Part shown: positions 49,001-63,500 of the stretch, piece after piece
Position numbering within the stretch: position 1 is the stretch's first letter
Layout: each line of letters opens with the position of its first letter
Assembly (NCBI GenBank): GCA_043228905.1
Contig: JBHGNT010000014.1
Location: forward strand, 2,232,001-2,296,000
Origin: Azolla caroliniana
Taxonomy: Eukaryota > Plantae > Polypodiophyta
Length of the DNA: 64,000 nt
Direction of reading: 5' to 3'
Notes under the pieces: generated by a model
The model's database searches: none
Seen by the model: the letters and a program-made list of their open reading frames with translations, nothing else
Told to the model about the DNA's origin: nothing
Made by a program: the position numbers and the translations under genes

Positions 49001-52000
49001 TCCTGCACTTAGAATTGGAACAACGGCGATGGAAAGCATTTGTCGACCGGCACAGGAAAGGAAATGAAAAAATGTTCGCAATCGGCAAGCCGGTGTTAGT
49101 ATTTCAGACCCGGATGGGCAAGATGCCGGGAAAACTACGGTTTAGATGGACCGGCCCGTATTGGCTAACACGTGAGTATAATGGGTCCTACCAGTTAGGG
49201 ACACTTGCCGGCGAAGTGCTAGGCAAATGGGTCAACGGATTCCGATTGAAGCCATATAGAGGACCGATGCCTAAGAACCCATTTGAGCAAAGGACCGACA
49301 TCGGTGAGGAAACGGCAACCTGTGAGGGGAACGGCAACCACCAAGACGGAGGAGACGGCAAGCCGGTAACAGGGGAGAATGAGGTGACGGCAAACCGTAA
49401 TGAGGCCGGTAAGGGTCCGATAGGACCAACAAACAACTAACCTGACACCACGTTAAAATGTATCCAAAAAAAAAAAACGAAGTAATCATGCAAAAGCGAG
49501 GTATGAATGGACGAGAGAGCGAGGAGCGAAAAGGTACGTAGTGGGCATTTAAGCGCCACCACAGGACATAATGCTATTTTAGTACACGATGTGCACACAC
49601 TCGAAAAAGGCGCCAGAATGCACAGAGAAAAACCACTGCGCGTGGAAACCCTCTACTTTCGCGAACCCAGGAGCACAGAAGCACCAAGGCGCTGCAAGAT
49701 CATCAAACGAGAACCTACACATAGAGAACCCCCGCCTTCTGAACTCTCTCTCTCTCACTCTCACTCTCATCACCAGCCGACCTCGCCACCAAAGCTGACC
49801 TCGACACAGACATGGACCCGCAAACGCTGTCGGAAGCCGCCAAGACATGGCTAAAGCAACACGGGCTCGAGGGCTTCTTGATGATTATGGAGGTACCGCC
49901 ACACAAAGAAGCCGACAAGGTGATCAAAGAAATCGACACAGAGGTCATAACGGCGGAGGCGATTCGAGTGTTAACAGGCCTTCCGGAGGGAGGCATACTC
50001 ACGATTGACAATCCAACCTCGGAGCAACTCATCAAGTATTTTGGTGAGTACTCCCTAGACAACAAGGGCTACCGGACACAGGGCGGCGGAGATATGTTGT
50101 TCCGCGAGATTGCTCGTGTGCTCCACGAATACGGCCATGTGTACCCTAGACCCCCTGTCATGCCGCAGAACCGGGCAGGGATGATCATCGCCACCTATGA
50201 AGGGATCAAGGTGGATTGGCCGGTATTGATCGTAGAAGGTTTGTATGCGGCGATCGAGATTGTCAGAGGCAAAGACGGCAAAGAAGGCCGAGACGGACGG
50301 ATGATATGGCACGTCGTAACACAGTGGCTCACCTTACTTGTGCCACCCGTCCAGCCCGTCCAGCCCAAGAAGCGGGGAAGAGTGGCGGACGGCACCCCAA
50401 AGACTGCTTCCAAAAGACAAAAGTTGTTGGCCTCTAAGGCCACTAAGGGGAAGGCGGCGGACGCAGAACAGGCGGGAAAGGAGAGCGCCAACCGGAAGCG
50501 GCCAACGGATGCGCAGGAGGAACCACCGGTACGGCCCGTAAAGGTTCGTAGACAGTTTGTGTGCGGCGATCGAGATTGTCAGAGGCAAAGACGGCAAAGA
50601 AGACCGAGACGGACGGAGGATATGGCACGTCGTAACACAGTGGCTCACCTTACTTGTGCCACCCGTCCAGCCCGTCCAGCCCAAGAAGCGGGGAAGAGTG
50701 GCGGACGGCACCCCAAAGACTGCTTCCAAAAGACAAAAGTTGTTGGCCTCTAAGGCCACTAAGGGGAAGGCGGCGGACGCAGAACAGGCGGGAAAGGAGA
50801 GCGCCAGCCGGAAGCGGCCAACGGATGCGCAGGAGGAACCACCGGTACGGCCCGTAAAGGTTCGTAGACAGTTTGTGTGCGGCGATCGAGATTGTCAGAG
50901 GCAAAGACGGCAAAGAAGGCCGAGACGGACGGAGGATATGGCACGTCGTAACACAGTGGCTCACCTTACTTGTGCCACCCGTCCAGCCCGTCCAGCCCAA
51001 GAAGCGGGGAAGAGTGGCGGACGGCACCCCAAAGACTGCTTCCAAAAGACAACAGTTGTTGGCCTCTAAGGCCACTAAGGGGAAGGCGGCGGACGCAGAA
51101 CAGGCGGGAAAGGAGAGCGCCAACCGGAAGCGGCCAACGGATGCGCAGGAGGAACCACCGGTACGGCCCGTAAAGGTTACACTCCGTCGACCGGTGAATA
51201 GAGAAACGGACCCCTTGGCGGCAAAACTCAATGCCGGGACTCAGGAAGAGGAAATAGAGGCGGAGCCTACGGAGCACTACAGAAATAGAGGAGGAGCCTA
51301 CGGTCGTCGGCCAGGACCGTTGAGGCAGCCGAGAAACGTTCGGACCCTCAGACGGAGGGAACACCGGCTCCCCATACTGAGACTCCCACACCAAGGGAGG
51401 AACCGGAACCGGTGCGCATAGCACCGGAATCAGAAGCCCCTGCACCACCGGCAACACCAGCAAGTCCCATCCCGCCAGAGCCGGAAAGGTCAATGCAGCC
51501 TCCCTCGGCCAACCAAGAAGAAGCGCAAGAGGAACCAGGACAGTAGGGTGGTCCACGGGCGGAAACAGAATTGCAACTCGGTGCAATCAGGCGGGACCAC
51601 CCATCTACAAGCAAGCCCATCCGTCAAAGCTCCGTGCAAACGCAACAAGGCACCGGTAGCTTATGGCTTCGGTGGATAGGCGAACAGATTGCCGGAGCAG
51701 TGGGGTATATTGAGGTGGAAGAAAGAGCGCAAAGCAAACGGTTGCTCGTCACAACCGAACAACTAGAGACAGCCCGGTCCAGAATCCGGTGCCTTGAAAA
51801 AGACTTGGATCAGGTCACGGCAGAGATGGCCAAAATGGCCTTAACGGCAACACAGATCCAATCACCGGTGACTCCGGTAAGTGTACAGAATAAAGAAACA
51901 GATCAACCTGTACATACCAATAAGACCCCCCGGCAACGGAAACCGTTCCAGCGAGAGATGCGGCGCAAGCCCAGGAGCTTGCGGAATTGAGAGATGAACT

Positions 52001-53160
52001 TGCCGCACAAGAAGTGCTAAGGAGCCGTGAACAGGAATTGAAGACAGCGGCCGAAGCCGAATTAAAGAAGACTGCTGAGAACCTCCGCCGGGCAAAGGAG
52101 AGCCTCCGGAAAGGCCATCAAGCGTACGACCAGCTAAGGGAGGAAAAAGACAAAGTGTTGCAGGAAAAGGACAAGTTGCAGAAGACGGCGGAAACGGAAA
52201 TTGAACGGCTAAAGGAAGAACTCCGCCAGCAGAAGGACCACGAGGACCGGGCCCGTCGACAGATCAACGCACGGCTCAAGCAAAAGACAGATGATTTTGA
52301 GCACCTGCACCGGGACTACAAACGGCTGGAAACGGAGCATAAGGAATGGATGGCCGAGCTCCAGTAGGAAGTTGATCGGGCCGCGACAGCAATCGCCGAC
52401 GAACGTGCGGAAAATACAAGACGGTTGGATGAGGTGGAGAAGGTCCGGATGGAGCTCTAGAGGCAGTAGCGGGAAGAAAAGGAGAGAGCGTCAACGGTAT
52501 TGCAGAAATTACAAAGCACATATCAAAGGCAATTGACGCATTACAAGGAGCAGGCAGAAGACAACGTCAAAATCATCAAGCAACTGAAGGAGGAACGGCA
52601 AGCGGCGGAAATCAAATCACAATTGGGAACGGGCCGAATTCAGTGCATCCTCCGGGCATGGCTGAATCAGACAAAACGCTTGATTGATGAAAGCTCCGTA
52701 AGATGGTGGACAAAGTGGGCACAAAACGCGGCAAAACTCCAATTACTACGGGCAGACGTGGCAAACCGGCGGAAGGAAGGAGATGATTGTTACACGTTGA
52801 CTTCCGAGGACTTCACCACCATACGGGACGAGTTGGCCGATGACTTCCAAGTCCTGGCAGATGAACAACTGGCGCAGGTCTGGCAACTCGTAGCCCAGCT
52901 AGACGATGATAGGCTAGACGCTCAAATCCAGTTTGAAAGCTACGAGCGGTCCCGGGTTCGGGAAGAAAAAGCACGGGAAGCGGCAACGGTTAACCTTAGT
53001 GATGAGGAACCGTCGTCGGCCGAGGGCCAGCCCGGAACCAGTCAACCGGAGACCACTACGACGAAGGGAGCAACGACGGAGACGCCGGTGTCAAAGCAAC
53101 AAACGGAGGAGCAGCCGCAACAGCCACCAACGGACCCGTCGCAGCAGCCATCAACGGAGC

Positions 53161-53192
<32 letters not shown>

Positions 53193-53749
53193 CCAATTCC
53201 AGATGAACCATTAGAGACTCTCGAACAAAGCATTCTCGATATTTTGGACGAGGAATAGCAAGGGTCGGATGTGGATTCGACGTACAAGGTATTGTCCCAC
53301 GGGCGTGCCATGTGTTACCGGCCCGGCCGGCAAAGGAGTCCAAAGTGTGAAACGGGGAGTTATTTAATTAGTAGGAATGGTTGTAAGTAAGCTATGAGTG
53401 TGGACGGACAGACCGGAACTGGTATGCCGTTCCGGATCCGGACCGATCCCGAACATGTGCGGATGGCACTGTTTTGTAATACAGACCGGAAACCTATTTA
53501 AAGGCCTAGATACAATGTAATGATCAGCGGTTAATTAATAAAGCTTAGTGTTGTTATCTCTCTTTGTTAATTGTCGTTCTGCATTCATTGTTATATCCTA
53601 CGCGTGTAAATATTAAGGACGATCATGCTAAGTAACCTAATTAAGTCGGATTAATCGTTGAGTCTAATCCTGTTGCCGTAACACCCTTTGGTGAAGTGTC
53701 TTCCGTAGACACCCTGTGTTAGGCCATTGTCCGGCCCTAAGAATTAACA
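46068..53749 (+). mobile_element. Second, older copy of the Athila/Phygy-like Gypsy family; 5' LTR, gag and most of protease deleted; TSD ACTTC; 3' LTR 53313-53749
   Basis: ACTTC at 46063-46067 and 53750-53754. TATTACCGG (LTR start remnant) is fused to LGRPWLKTAHIK. pol and the additional ORF are homologous to 25455-31883 but carry stops and frameshifts. Confidence 0.9.
50230..51178 (+). repeat. 316-bp tandem triplication in the additional ORF of Gypsy copy 2
   Basis: TCGTAGA...CCCGTAAAGGT units start at ~50230, 50546 and 50862. Confidence 0.92.
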
Positions 53750-53873
53750 ACTTCCACAATGGGTAGTTGGAGTCGGTGAGCTTGAACATGCCGTTGAATG
53801 ATTCTTCCATTTCCTTTGTTTGCTCTGATACCAGATTGTGAGGAATAGCCCTCAGCCACAACCGAGACTCAAA

Positions 53874-54325
53874 CACTTTATGAAAGAACAAAATAGAAAT
53901 GGAGGTTTGTACACTTACACAGAAGAGACGACATAGGATGTTAACGTGCAAAACCCTAATAGGGAAAAACCACGGGAACCCACAAACTCCAACTATCACT
54001 ATATGAGAAAGGAGGTACAAGAGGAGACTCAGAGGCAACGACCTCTAGCTTTGTATCTTCGCCAACCAGTGGCTTCTCTTAACTCTCTCTCTCTCTCTGT
54101 ACAACTTTATGAAAGAACAAAACAGAAATGGAGGTTTGTACACTTACATAGAAGAGACAACACAGGATGTTAACGTGCAAAACCCTAATAGGGAAAAACC
54201 ATGGGAACCCACAGACTCCAACTATCACTATATGAGAAAGGAGGTACAAGAGGAGACTCAGAGGCAATGACCTCGAGCTCTATATCTTCGCCAACCGGCG
54301 GCTTCTCTTTACTCTCTCTCTCTGT
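53874..54325. repeat. ~229-bp tandem duplication inside the Copia LTR
   Basis: CTTTATGAAAGAACAAAA...ACTCTCTCTCTC occurs twice (~53876 and ~54105). Confidence 0.85.
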
Positions 54326-57300
54326 ACTACTATACATCAACTCACAATAACAACATACTAAAGTAATTGCCCTAAGTCATATTTATACTTATATGACATT
54401 TGGGCTATTTACAAATATAGCTTCGATAGGCTCACCATGAAACATATTTACACATATGTCCTTGGATCCGGTTTGCACTGAATCCATCCAGATTCACTCA
54501 ATCCGGTTTCCGGGTCTCATCCGGAACCCTTCCGGATCCGGTTCCTTCATTTGGCTCGTTCGATCCGGCTTGTCCGGTTCTCATCCAAATCCCATCCGGA
54601 GGGATCGAATTCCCAACAGATATTGACGATGAATCAATAATATGTAAGAGCTTGGTCATTATTGGACTCTAAATACCTTTGATCTTGAACTATGATCGAT
54701 CAACAAGTTGAACAATAGATGGAGGCAAAGCTACACAATTTGGAATGAAACTAGAACCATAGGGTTCCAATCTTGAGATGGAGACAAGGTGTAGATGCAT
54801 ATGTGAAAGAATATTCAAATGAGGTGTCACATTATTGATCTCTATAACGATTGTGAATAGTCCAAGACACTGATAACCGAAGTTGTTACATTACTTAGTG
54901 GTTCTCATATTACGTTGCAATAGCCGTCCACAATTTCCAACATGAAACTTAAGTTTCTCTAATAAGGGTTTAAGGCGATAACAATGTGCATTGATGTGTG
55001 TGCATTAAGCAAATGTTGAGACGGTTAGAGTTGTATTATATGGTCTTGAACAAAAAATTTCTGAGAGACATATGGATGTTCAAGTATAGTCCAACGAGAA
55101 TGATGGCCTTTGTTTGCAAGTATATTTTATGGAAAAATGAACAAAATGATAACAAGTAGATTCCATAAAAGATGTCACGAACATTTATATAAAATAAGAT
55201 ATTTTTGGAAAGACTTTGAACCCATGACCTTTGCTATAAATTTCTAATCTTTAACCAAATAGGTTATCATCTTATTTAAGAGATATAGAAAATTCTATGC
55301 TAACATAGCTACAAAATGGCCCAATTACAATCATGCAAAGTGGTGATCATGCATGGGTCAAAAGATGCTATATCAAACATTGCTTTCGTAATTGATGAAT
55401 TTTTCAAGTTGGATGTCAATATTTGGTGTATTCCTAAAATCCTTTTTCTTCTTGTTAATATAATTACATTCTCCTCTTATTTCCCTCTCCATTTCTTATT
55501 TTGTTTTATTATTCTATCTTGTTCTTGACCAAAATCATGATAGTTTGTGGTTGGACTATATGTTGGTGGATCTCTTTCCTTCAAGAGACTTCCGTTGCAG
55601 AATTTGAATCAAAATATCGTGGATTTTATTCTTGCATCGAGGGTAGTTCGTCCCATCAAACTTGATGTGTTAAGATAATATGAACCCTCCAAGTCCAAGT
55701 ATATGCGAGAGAAACGTAGGGTTTAGAGAGTGTGAGAGAGGACTTTTGCACTATTGTTCAACTTACAACACCAAGTGCGTGAGTAGCACGTTCTTCCCAT
55801 TTATGAATGAAGTGAACATGCAAAAGGCTAGACTTTCTATGTATGCAAAAGGTTTTGAGGACACTAGTACATTTTTGTGTATCTTATAGTGTATTTCTTA
55901 AAAGTAAGTATCACATGATTTGCGCATAATAAATGCATAATGATTACATTCCCAATGATAATCAAAATTATCAACCATAACTCAAAGAAAGATGGGGAGA
56001 CTCAAGATTGGGCATCCTTGCTTAACACCAATTATGATGATGAAAAGTGTGAAATTTCCATCTTCCGTACACACACGACTTATCATCTCCACTCAAACAC
56101 AAGAAATTGCTATCATACATTCATCTAGGACGTCTCTAATTATATGACACCACAATGTTTTTGATAGGCAAATGTTAGAGAGAGAGAGAGCAACGTTTGA
56201 GCTACAAGTGAATAAAACGTTGAAACTATATTGGGAAAGTGATGTGCGGAGGGAAAAAAAAAGATAAACGAGAGAAATAAATAAAAGTAATGGATATACC
56301 GTGTATCCATTATAATAAGAGGTCACCATATGATAGGGTCTAGTTATTCGTTTCTTATTTTAATTTTCATAAAAGTGATCATTCATGTCTATTTATGAAT
56401 ATCTTGTTTCAGAGATACTTATTGATGAGAAAGTCCACAACTTAACATTTAGCAAAAGAATCATGGAGTCATATGCCCTTCATAATGTCGGTATTCATCG
56501 CATTTTTGTCGTGTTCATGACTCATAAGGTAATATCATTAGTTGAAAGAGATATGACTATGCATGTGATAGTCGCAAGAGAAGACTTGCACTTGACTTTA
56601 TCGCAAAACCTAGATCTATGGTAGATACAAGGATACTACTCCTTGACCAAATTCATGGCCAACAAATTAATGCTCATAATTATCATGCAACAATTTAATT
56701 TATTCAAGCAATGATGTTTTGAAAATGGTGCGAATTAGGTAATTTCAAATCATAGGTGAGCATTACAATTTACATGAAATGATCCCTCCATAACCCTTGG
56801 AGAACTCCTTATATACATATATTGATAGAAACTACAACAAGTGCTTTTGTACACTCTTTCGTTAATAATGAAAAATCAACAGAACAAATAATGTTATGTA
56901 CAATTTCACATTGATTATGTGTGCTACCTTCTCTCCATTGAGTCTAGGCTCAACTCATTGGCCTAGGGTCATATCTTCACATATATGTACATATAGGGAA
57001 AATATACTAGTAGTACCCCTTACAATTTTGAGAATAGTGAACACTGAAAATATATCCCCCTACCTAAAATGTAGCTATCTATGATCCTAGTTTCACCCCA
57101 AACTTAGTGCCTAACAAAGCCAAACTTCCCCTTTCTATTGCTTATTATTCTAAGCAACATGGCATTGTGAGAACAATATATTAGTATATGAGCAAAGCAT
57201 GCATGGAATCTAATTCTAACCAAGATCCTCATTCATTGCCTTTTGAGAAAAATGCTTGTTCTTTTGATCGAGGAAACAAATTAGATGTCGAATCTATTGA

Positions 57301-57424
57301 GAGGCTAACATTACTACGAGCGTGAGCAGAAACACATAACTTTTTGGTGATATGGGGATGGGTAGTGTGTGGCCTGTCAAACTTCCAATAGTGGCTGGTA
57401 AGCATTTGATTTAAATACGAAGAC

Positions 57425-58135
57425 ATGCATGCATGCATGCATACATACATACATACATACACAAACACGTACATGCATACATACACACAAACACATACAT
57501 GCATACATACACACAAACACATACATACATACACAAACACATACATACATAACATAACATCACATGACATACATACATACATACACACAAACACATACAT
57601 AACATAACATCACATGACATACACACATACATACATACAATACATAACATAACATCACATGACATACATACATACATACATACATACATACAATACATAA
57701 CATAATATCACATGACATACATACATACATACATATAAATATATTTTCATACATACATAGATTATTAGATACATACATACATAACGTAACATAACATGGG
57801 ATACATACATAGATACATACACACAAACACATACATAACATAACATCACATGACATACACACATACATACATACAATACATAACATAACATAACATGACA
57901 TACATAACATGACATACACACATACATAATACATATATTTACATACATAAAATAACCTAACCTAACATAACATAAAATAACCTAACATAACATAACATAA
58001 CATAACATAACATAACATAACATAACATAAGTTACATAACAATAACAATAACATAACATGATAAATATACATACATACATGATATATATATATATATATA
58101 TACTTGACTGTGCAGAGAAGTATCTTGTGTGTGTT

Positions 58136-58182
<47 letters not shown>
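57425..58182. repeat. Compound microsatellite (CATA/CATAA/TA/GA) upstream of host gene
   Basis: ACATACATAC and ACATA runs, (TA)n at ~58083-58102 and (GA)n at 58142-58182. Confidence 0.95.
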
Positions 58183-58186
<4 letters not shown>

Positions 58187-58677
58187 GCTCTACTTCACCA
58201 TCTCCTTCATTCATGAAGAATCTCTCATCTCCCTGCAAATCACACACTCTCTCCTTCTTCTCTGCGTCTCCATGTCAATCTCCATTCCATCTGAGCAGCA
58301 GCAGCAGGCAGAGCATCCCTTTTGCTTGGGAGGAGAAACCAGGAGTCATGAAGCTCCATTCCCCAGCCGGACCTTTCCACCTCTCTCCTCTCCATAAACC
58401 TCCATACCCTAGCCCTAACCCTAGCCCTAACCCTAGCCCTAATTCCAGCCCTAACTCTCGATTCCTGTTCTACAAGAGGGCCAGAAAGAACAGGGATTTG
58501 CCTCCCCTCCATGACCCCTTCTTCATGGCCCTGCAATCCATACGCACACAGCATGAGGAGGAGGCCATGGACGAGAGCGCGCGTGAGGAAGAGAGGAAGA
58601 GATCCTCGGAGTCTTCCATGGCCACTCTTCCATGGAGGAGGCTCAGCATCCCTTGCTTCGGTTTGAACATGAGATAG
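58183..58677 (+). CDS. Probable host gene, DUF688-like small plant protein (164 aa)
   Basis: SIPFAWEEKPG (PFxWExxPG motif) and DPFFMAL motif; single open exon in non-TE context, preceded by (GA)n. Confidence 0.7.
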
Positions 58678-60597
58678 ATAGAAGAAGACGACGAATCATG
58701 CCATGGCAAATGTTGGCCAGATTCAGACAGCATGTGACTGCATCGATCAGAATGTGGTCGATTCCCAGAACAAAAACGTTCCACTATCCTATACATTCCA
58801 TTCCATTCATATCTACCTGCATAAGATTCCATTCCACCTGCATAGAGCCTTCTACTTGCTTTCCATCAGACTGTTTGTATGCATCATAACTTGCATAATG
58901 CCTACCCAGCTTTTGCCATGTTCCATGGATTAATTGCTTTTGGTGGCCTGCATAGATTGCACTAATCCCATCGATTCCTATGCAGCTAGGGTTCGATCAG
59001 AGCTCTTTGATTTGCGTTGGATTCCACTGAGAGAATGCAAACAAAGCTTGGCCATGTTTCATTGATCCGTTATAGCTCTTTCGAATAGGCATCTGCATGG
59101 AGCATCGGCTCTGCAAACCAAACATCATCATCCCCTGCATGATCCATCCATGAAATAGTTGCATTTCCTGCACTTCATCACTATTTAATGAGTGTAAAAA
59201 GTTAAAATGTAAATAGTCGCTAAGAGAATCCTTTCCATGGTCTCTTCCACCACTTATTATATTGTCTGTAACCCTAATGTAACTGTGATTTATATAAGAA
59301 ATATATAATAATGAATTTATTATCTTACAGACAATAAGTTAAAAGGAAATCAGAAGCCTCTGTTATTGACCAAACATTACAAAGATTCCAGGGTTCCGTT
59401 ATAATAATCACATGAATTAAACATTAGTGTTAATACATTTGCAGGAATTCGCAGGATTCCTGTGAAAATTTACGGAATACTTGTGAGTTAGGGATCACAT
59501 GATTCTCCTTATCTCTGGGAGAGAATTCCAAGCTATGATTATTCCTGCTTGGCATCATATATGAAAATGAGTCCAATAACTTTGCAGCAAAATTTCAAAA
59601 GACAAATTTGCGTTTTGGTATATAGTTTTGCAAGAAAAACAGCAAAACCTCGTGTTGATTTGTGGGAGCATAATAACTGATGCAGAGGATTTGTGGATAT
59701 CTTATTTGCTTCCTTCCAATCAAAGTCTTTTGCATCCAAAAATATATATTTGTGGTTCAATGTGTTTATAATAGTTTCATGATGTTTGGGAACTTTGAAT
59801 GATTGGTTCTCAATCCCTAAGGTCAACTTTGCAAAATCTTGGTGTGCACTAACTCTCCTAGTCTAGTAATCAACTAATCATCCATTAATAACCCACTAAG
59901 AATCCAAAGATTAGTCTTAGTCTGTCACCACAATTGGCATGGGCCACATACATTCAACTTCACACGACGATACGACGAATGGATTGTGCTCCCGATTAGA
60001 TCAAGTGTGTGTAATCATCAACAAATGTGAGAAAGTAAAGATCTTGTGGGGAGGGAGGGAGTGAGCATTGGTCCACATAGATAAGTGTGGATGAGTTGGA
60101 GGGATTTGTCAAGTGTGTTAGATTGAATGGGAATATGGATTTGGGGTTCATTTTCCCCATGAGATAAACTTGACTGAAGGGGTAGTTGGGTGTAGGTGTC
60201 GCTTATTCCACCTACACAAGGAGAAAAGTATCGGAATTCAAGTTCTACGATAGGTTAAGGGTTTGGTCGAAGATGTAATTTAGAAGGACATTTAATTGGA
60301 TGAATCTCAAATCAACAATTGAAATTACTTGAAGTGGCAAGAGCGACACGTAGAATGATAATGAGGTCAAGGGTTTGAACCTTCCCAAGACCTTTGAAGG
60401 GAATATGTGAGCTATAATGATGAAGTGGATGATAAACATTTTGCTAGCACTAGGCACCCTTATCAAGAGGAGGATAGGTTCATGCTAAAAGGAAAAAGCA
60501 ATGGTGCACGTTAATAGTGGCATCACTATTTTTATCCGGGAGAGGACCTTCAAAATGTCACAAAATGAGCAAGAGAGCTCATTGTAGGGGTCCTAAA

Positions 60598-63500
60598 TAT
60601 TGGGATTCGAGGTGGAAGCTCTATCGAAATTCGGTTTGACATGGAAAAGTGACTCACAAGGGTGTGTAGGAAGCCTACGATAACATCCTATGTACTCTTC
60701 TCTTCTCTGTGTTGTGTTTATTTCCCGTTTTTCTGTGTATGATTCTAAGCTCGGTTGTGGCCGAGCGTTGCATAAAAGGAGCGTACAGTTCTTGTCAAGT
60801 GGTATCAGAGCGAAACGACACAGAAAATGGACGATTCGTTGGGAGGCATGTTCAAGCTCACCGGCTCCACCTATTCGGTATGGAAGTCCAAGATGAGGGA
60901 CATGCTTGTGGTTAAAGACCTCTGGCTGCCGGTTCAGTTCGGGGACAAGAGACCGGACAAAATCGACGCCGCGATATGGGAGGTGATGCACATGAAGACA
61001 ACGGCATACATACGATGTTTCATCGACATGAGCCTATACAACAACTTCAATGAAGAGAGCAAGGCTCATGAGCTCTGGGAGAAGATCAACATAATGTTTC
61101 AAAACAAAAATGCTGTTAATCAGGTTTCAGTATTCCGGAAGCTGGTAAGACTCCGGTACCAAGATGGCTCCAGCATGGCGGAGCACATGAATGCCTTCCA
61201 AGGGCTAATATACCAGGCAACATCATTGGAAGTACCTCTCGCCGACGAGGTACTAGCGCTACTCCTGCTCGGTTCCCTCCCGGATAGTTGGGAGACGTTG
61301 GTTGTCACTTTGGGCAACGCCGGGCCGGAAGGAAAGCGGTTATCCCTAGCAAGAGTAAAGTCGAGCTTGCTGGATGAGGAGGCGCGTCGGAAAGATAAAG
61401 ATACGAGCTCTGACTCCAAAGCGCTCCTTACCGAATCGGATCGCGGAAGTCAAAGAAACCGTAGTCCCTAGAACCGGGAAAAGTCGGGGACATAGTGAAA
61501 GTCAAGGGGGAGACCTACTTGCTTCTATTGCGGCAAGCCGGGACACTTCCAGAAGAACTGTCGGCATTTCCGAAAGGACAAGGAAACCGACGGTACTGAT
61601 TCGAAGCGGATACCAGACCGGAACAGCAAAGACCGGAGGGGGCCGGACCGGAAGGGGACGACGACAATCGCAGCAAGTGAAGAAGAGTTGATGCTCATCA
61701 CCGAGGAGAGTGAGATAAACCTTGCCGGCGACGAGATGACCTGGGTAGTCAACTCCGGAGCGTTGTTCCACCTTACCTCGGACCGGAAATGCTTCTCATC
61801 CTACTCAGCCGGTGATCACGGCTGTGTCCGGATGGGGAATGAAGGAACATGCCGAATTGTCGGCATAGGAGGCGTGTGGCTGACAACACCAACCGGATGC
61901 AAGTTGCTGTTGAAGGATGTCCGACACGTTCCGAAGGTTCGTCTGAACCTGATATCAGCCGGTCGGCTAGATGATGAAGGCTACACGGGTAGCATCCGGA
62001 ACGGTGTCATGAAGTTCAGCAAAGGGAGCTTGATTGTGGCTCGGGCCCGAAAGGTCAACACGCTGTACCTGATGAATGCCCGGTTATGTCCGGAAGAAGT
62101 GAACGTGGCATCCGACACTGCCGGTGAGCTGTGGCACAAAAGGCTATGTCATATGAGCGAAAAGGGGATGAAGAGGCTTGGAGACGACAACCTCATTCCA
62201 GTGAAGAATGTGCACTTGGAGAAGTGCACTGATTGTCGGGCCGGTAAGCAAAACCGGACCTCCTTCCGACCAAGGCCACCGATGAGACGTAATGCACCAC
62301 TGGAGTTGGTGCATACGGATGTGTGTCAAGTAGACACGAAGTCACATTCCGGAGCGCAGTACTTCGTGACGTTCATAGATGACCACAGTCGGAAGCTGTG
62401 GGCCACACCGTTGAAGACGAAGGATCAGGTGTTATCCGTCTTCAAAGAGCTCCACGTGAGAGTGAAAAGAGAAACCGGCCGGAAGCTGAAGGTGGTTTGA
62501 GCAGATAATGGAGGAGAATACCGGGGGCAATTCGAGGAGTACTACCGCTCGAAGGGAATCCGGCTCGAATTTACCGTGCCGAAGACGCCGGAACTAAACG
62601 GATTGGCCGAGAGGATGAACCGGACCATAATGGAGAGGGTCCAGAGTATGCTAGTGCATGCAAAACTACCCAAGAAGTTTTGGGCTGAGGCATTGTCGAC
62701 GTCGACATATGTGATAAAGAGATCACCCTTAGTACCCTTGGACGGAGACACGCCACAGAGAGTATGGACCGGTAAGGAAGTGTCCTACCGGCATTTGAAG
62801 GTGTTCGGGTGTATCACGTATGTGCATGTAGCTAAGGACCGGAGAGGAAAGTTAGATCCAAAGACCCGGCCATGCATATTCCTCGGTTACGTGTACGATG
62901 AGTTCGGCTACCGAGTGTGGGACCTGGTCGACAAGAAGGTATTCTGGAGTCGAGATATTATCTTCATGGAGGACAAGACACTTGCCGACTGGGAGTCAGA
63001 GAAGAAGATAATGAACTCCGAGTCGACCGGTAAGGATAGACTCTACAATGAACAGACCCAACCGGCAAGAGACCGGTTAGCACTCGAGGAGCCAGCCGGT
63101 TACGGTGAGGATATTGAACCGACAGAAGAAGAAGTAGAGGAAGCTGAAACTGGAACCGGCCAAGACCCCGAATCGGATTCGGATGAAGAGCAAATGGAGG
63201 AGTCGGTTACCGAAGCCCGAAGAAGGAGATATCCTCTCAGAGAGAGAAGGGCGCCCCGGAGATTTCCGGATGCAAAGCATGTTCTGCTGACTGATGAGGG
63301 GGAGCCGGAAAGCTTCGAAGAAACGAAGGATGACACCCACAACCGCAAATGGTTAAGTGCCATGCAGGATGAGATGGATTCCCTACATGAGAACCATACG
63401 TACGAATTGGTGGAGCTGCCGAAAGGAAAGCGGGCACTCCGAAACAAGTGGGTGTACAAGTTGAAACCGGGAGAAGACGACAACCCCCCAAGATACAAAG

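Larger units (their letters stand above)
42277..54618 (-). mobile_element. Ty1/Copia element (5' LTR 53837-54618, iMet PBS 53822-53833, degenerate gag-pol), 3'-truncated and interrupted by Gypsy copy 2
   Basis: CFYCGKPGHFQKNC, LWHKRL, LELVHTDLC, LLLYVDDML, SRSTSGY and HSRTKHI motifs with stops. Homologous to 60827-64000. Confidence 0.9.

Noticed and set aside
54619-57420. Short ORFs in AT-rich DNA
   Set aside because: No recognisable domains; probably old TE debris or intergenic sequence.
57229-58247. Cys/Met/Tyr/Val-rich ORFs
   Set aside because: Microsatellite translations.
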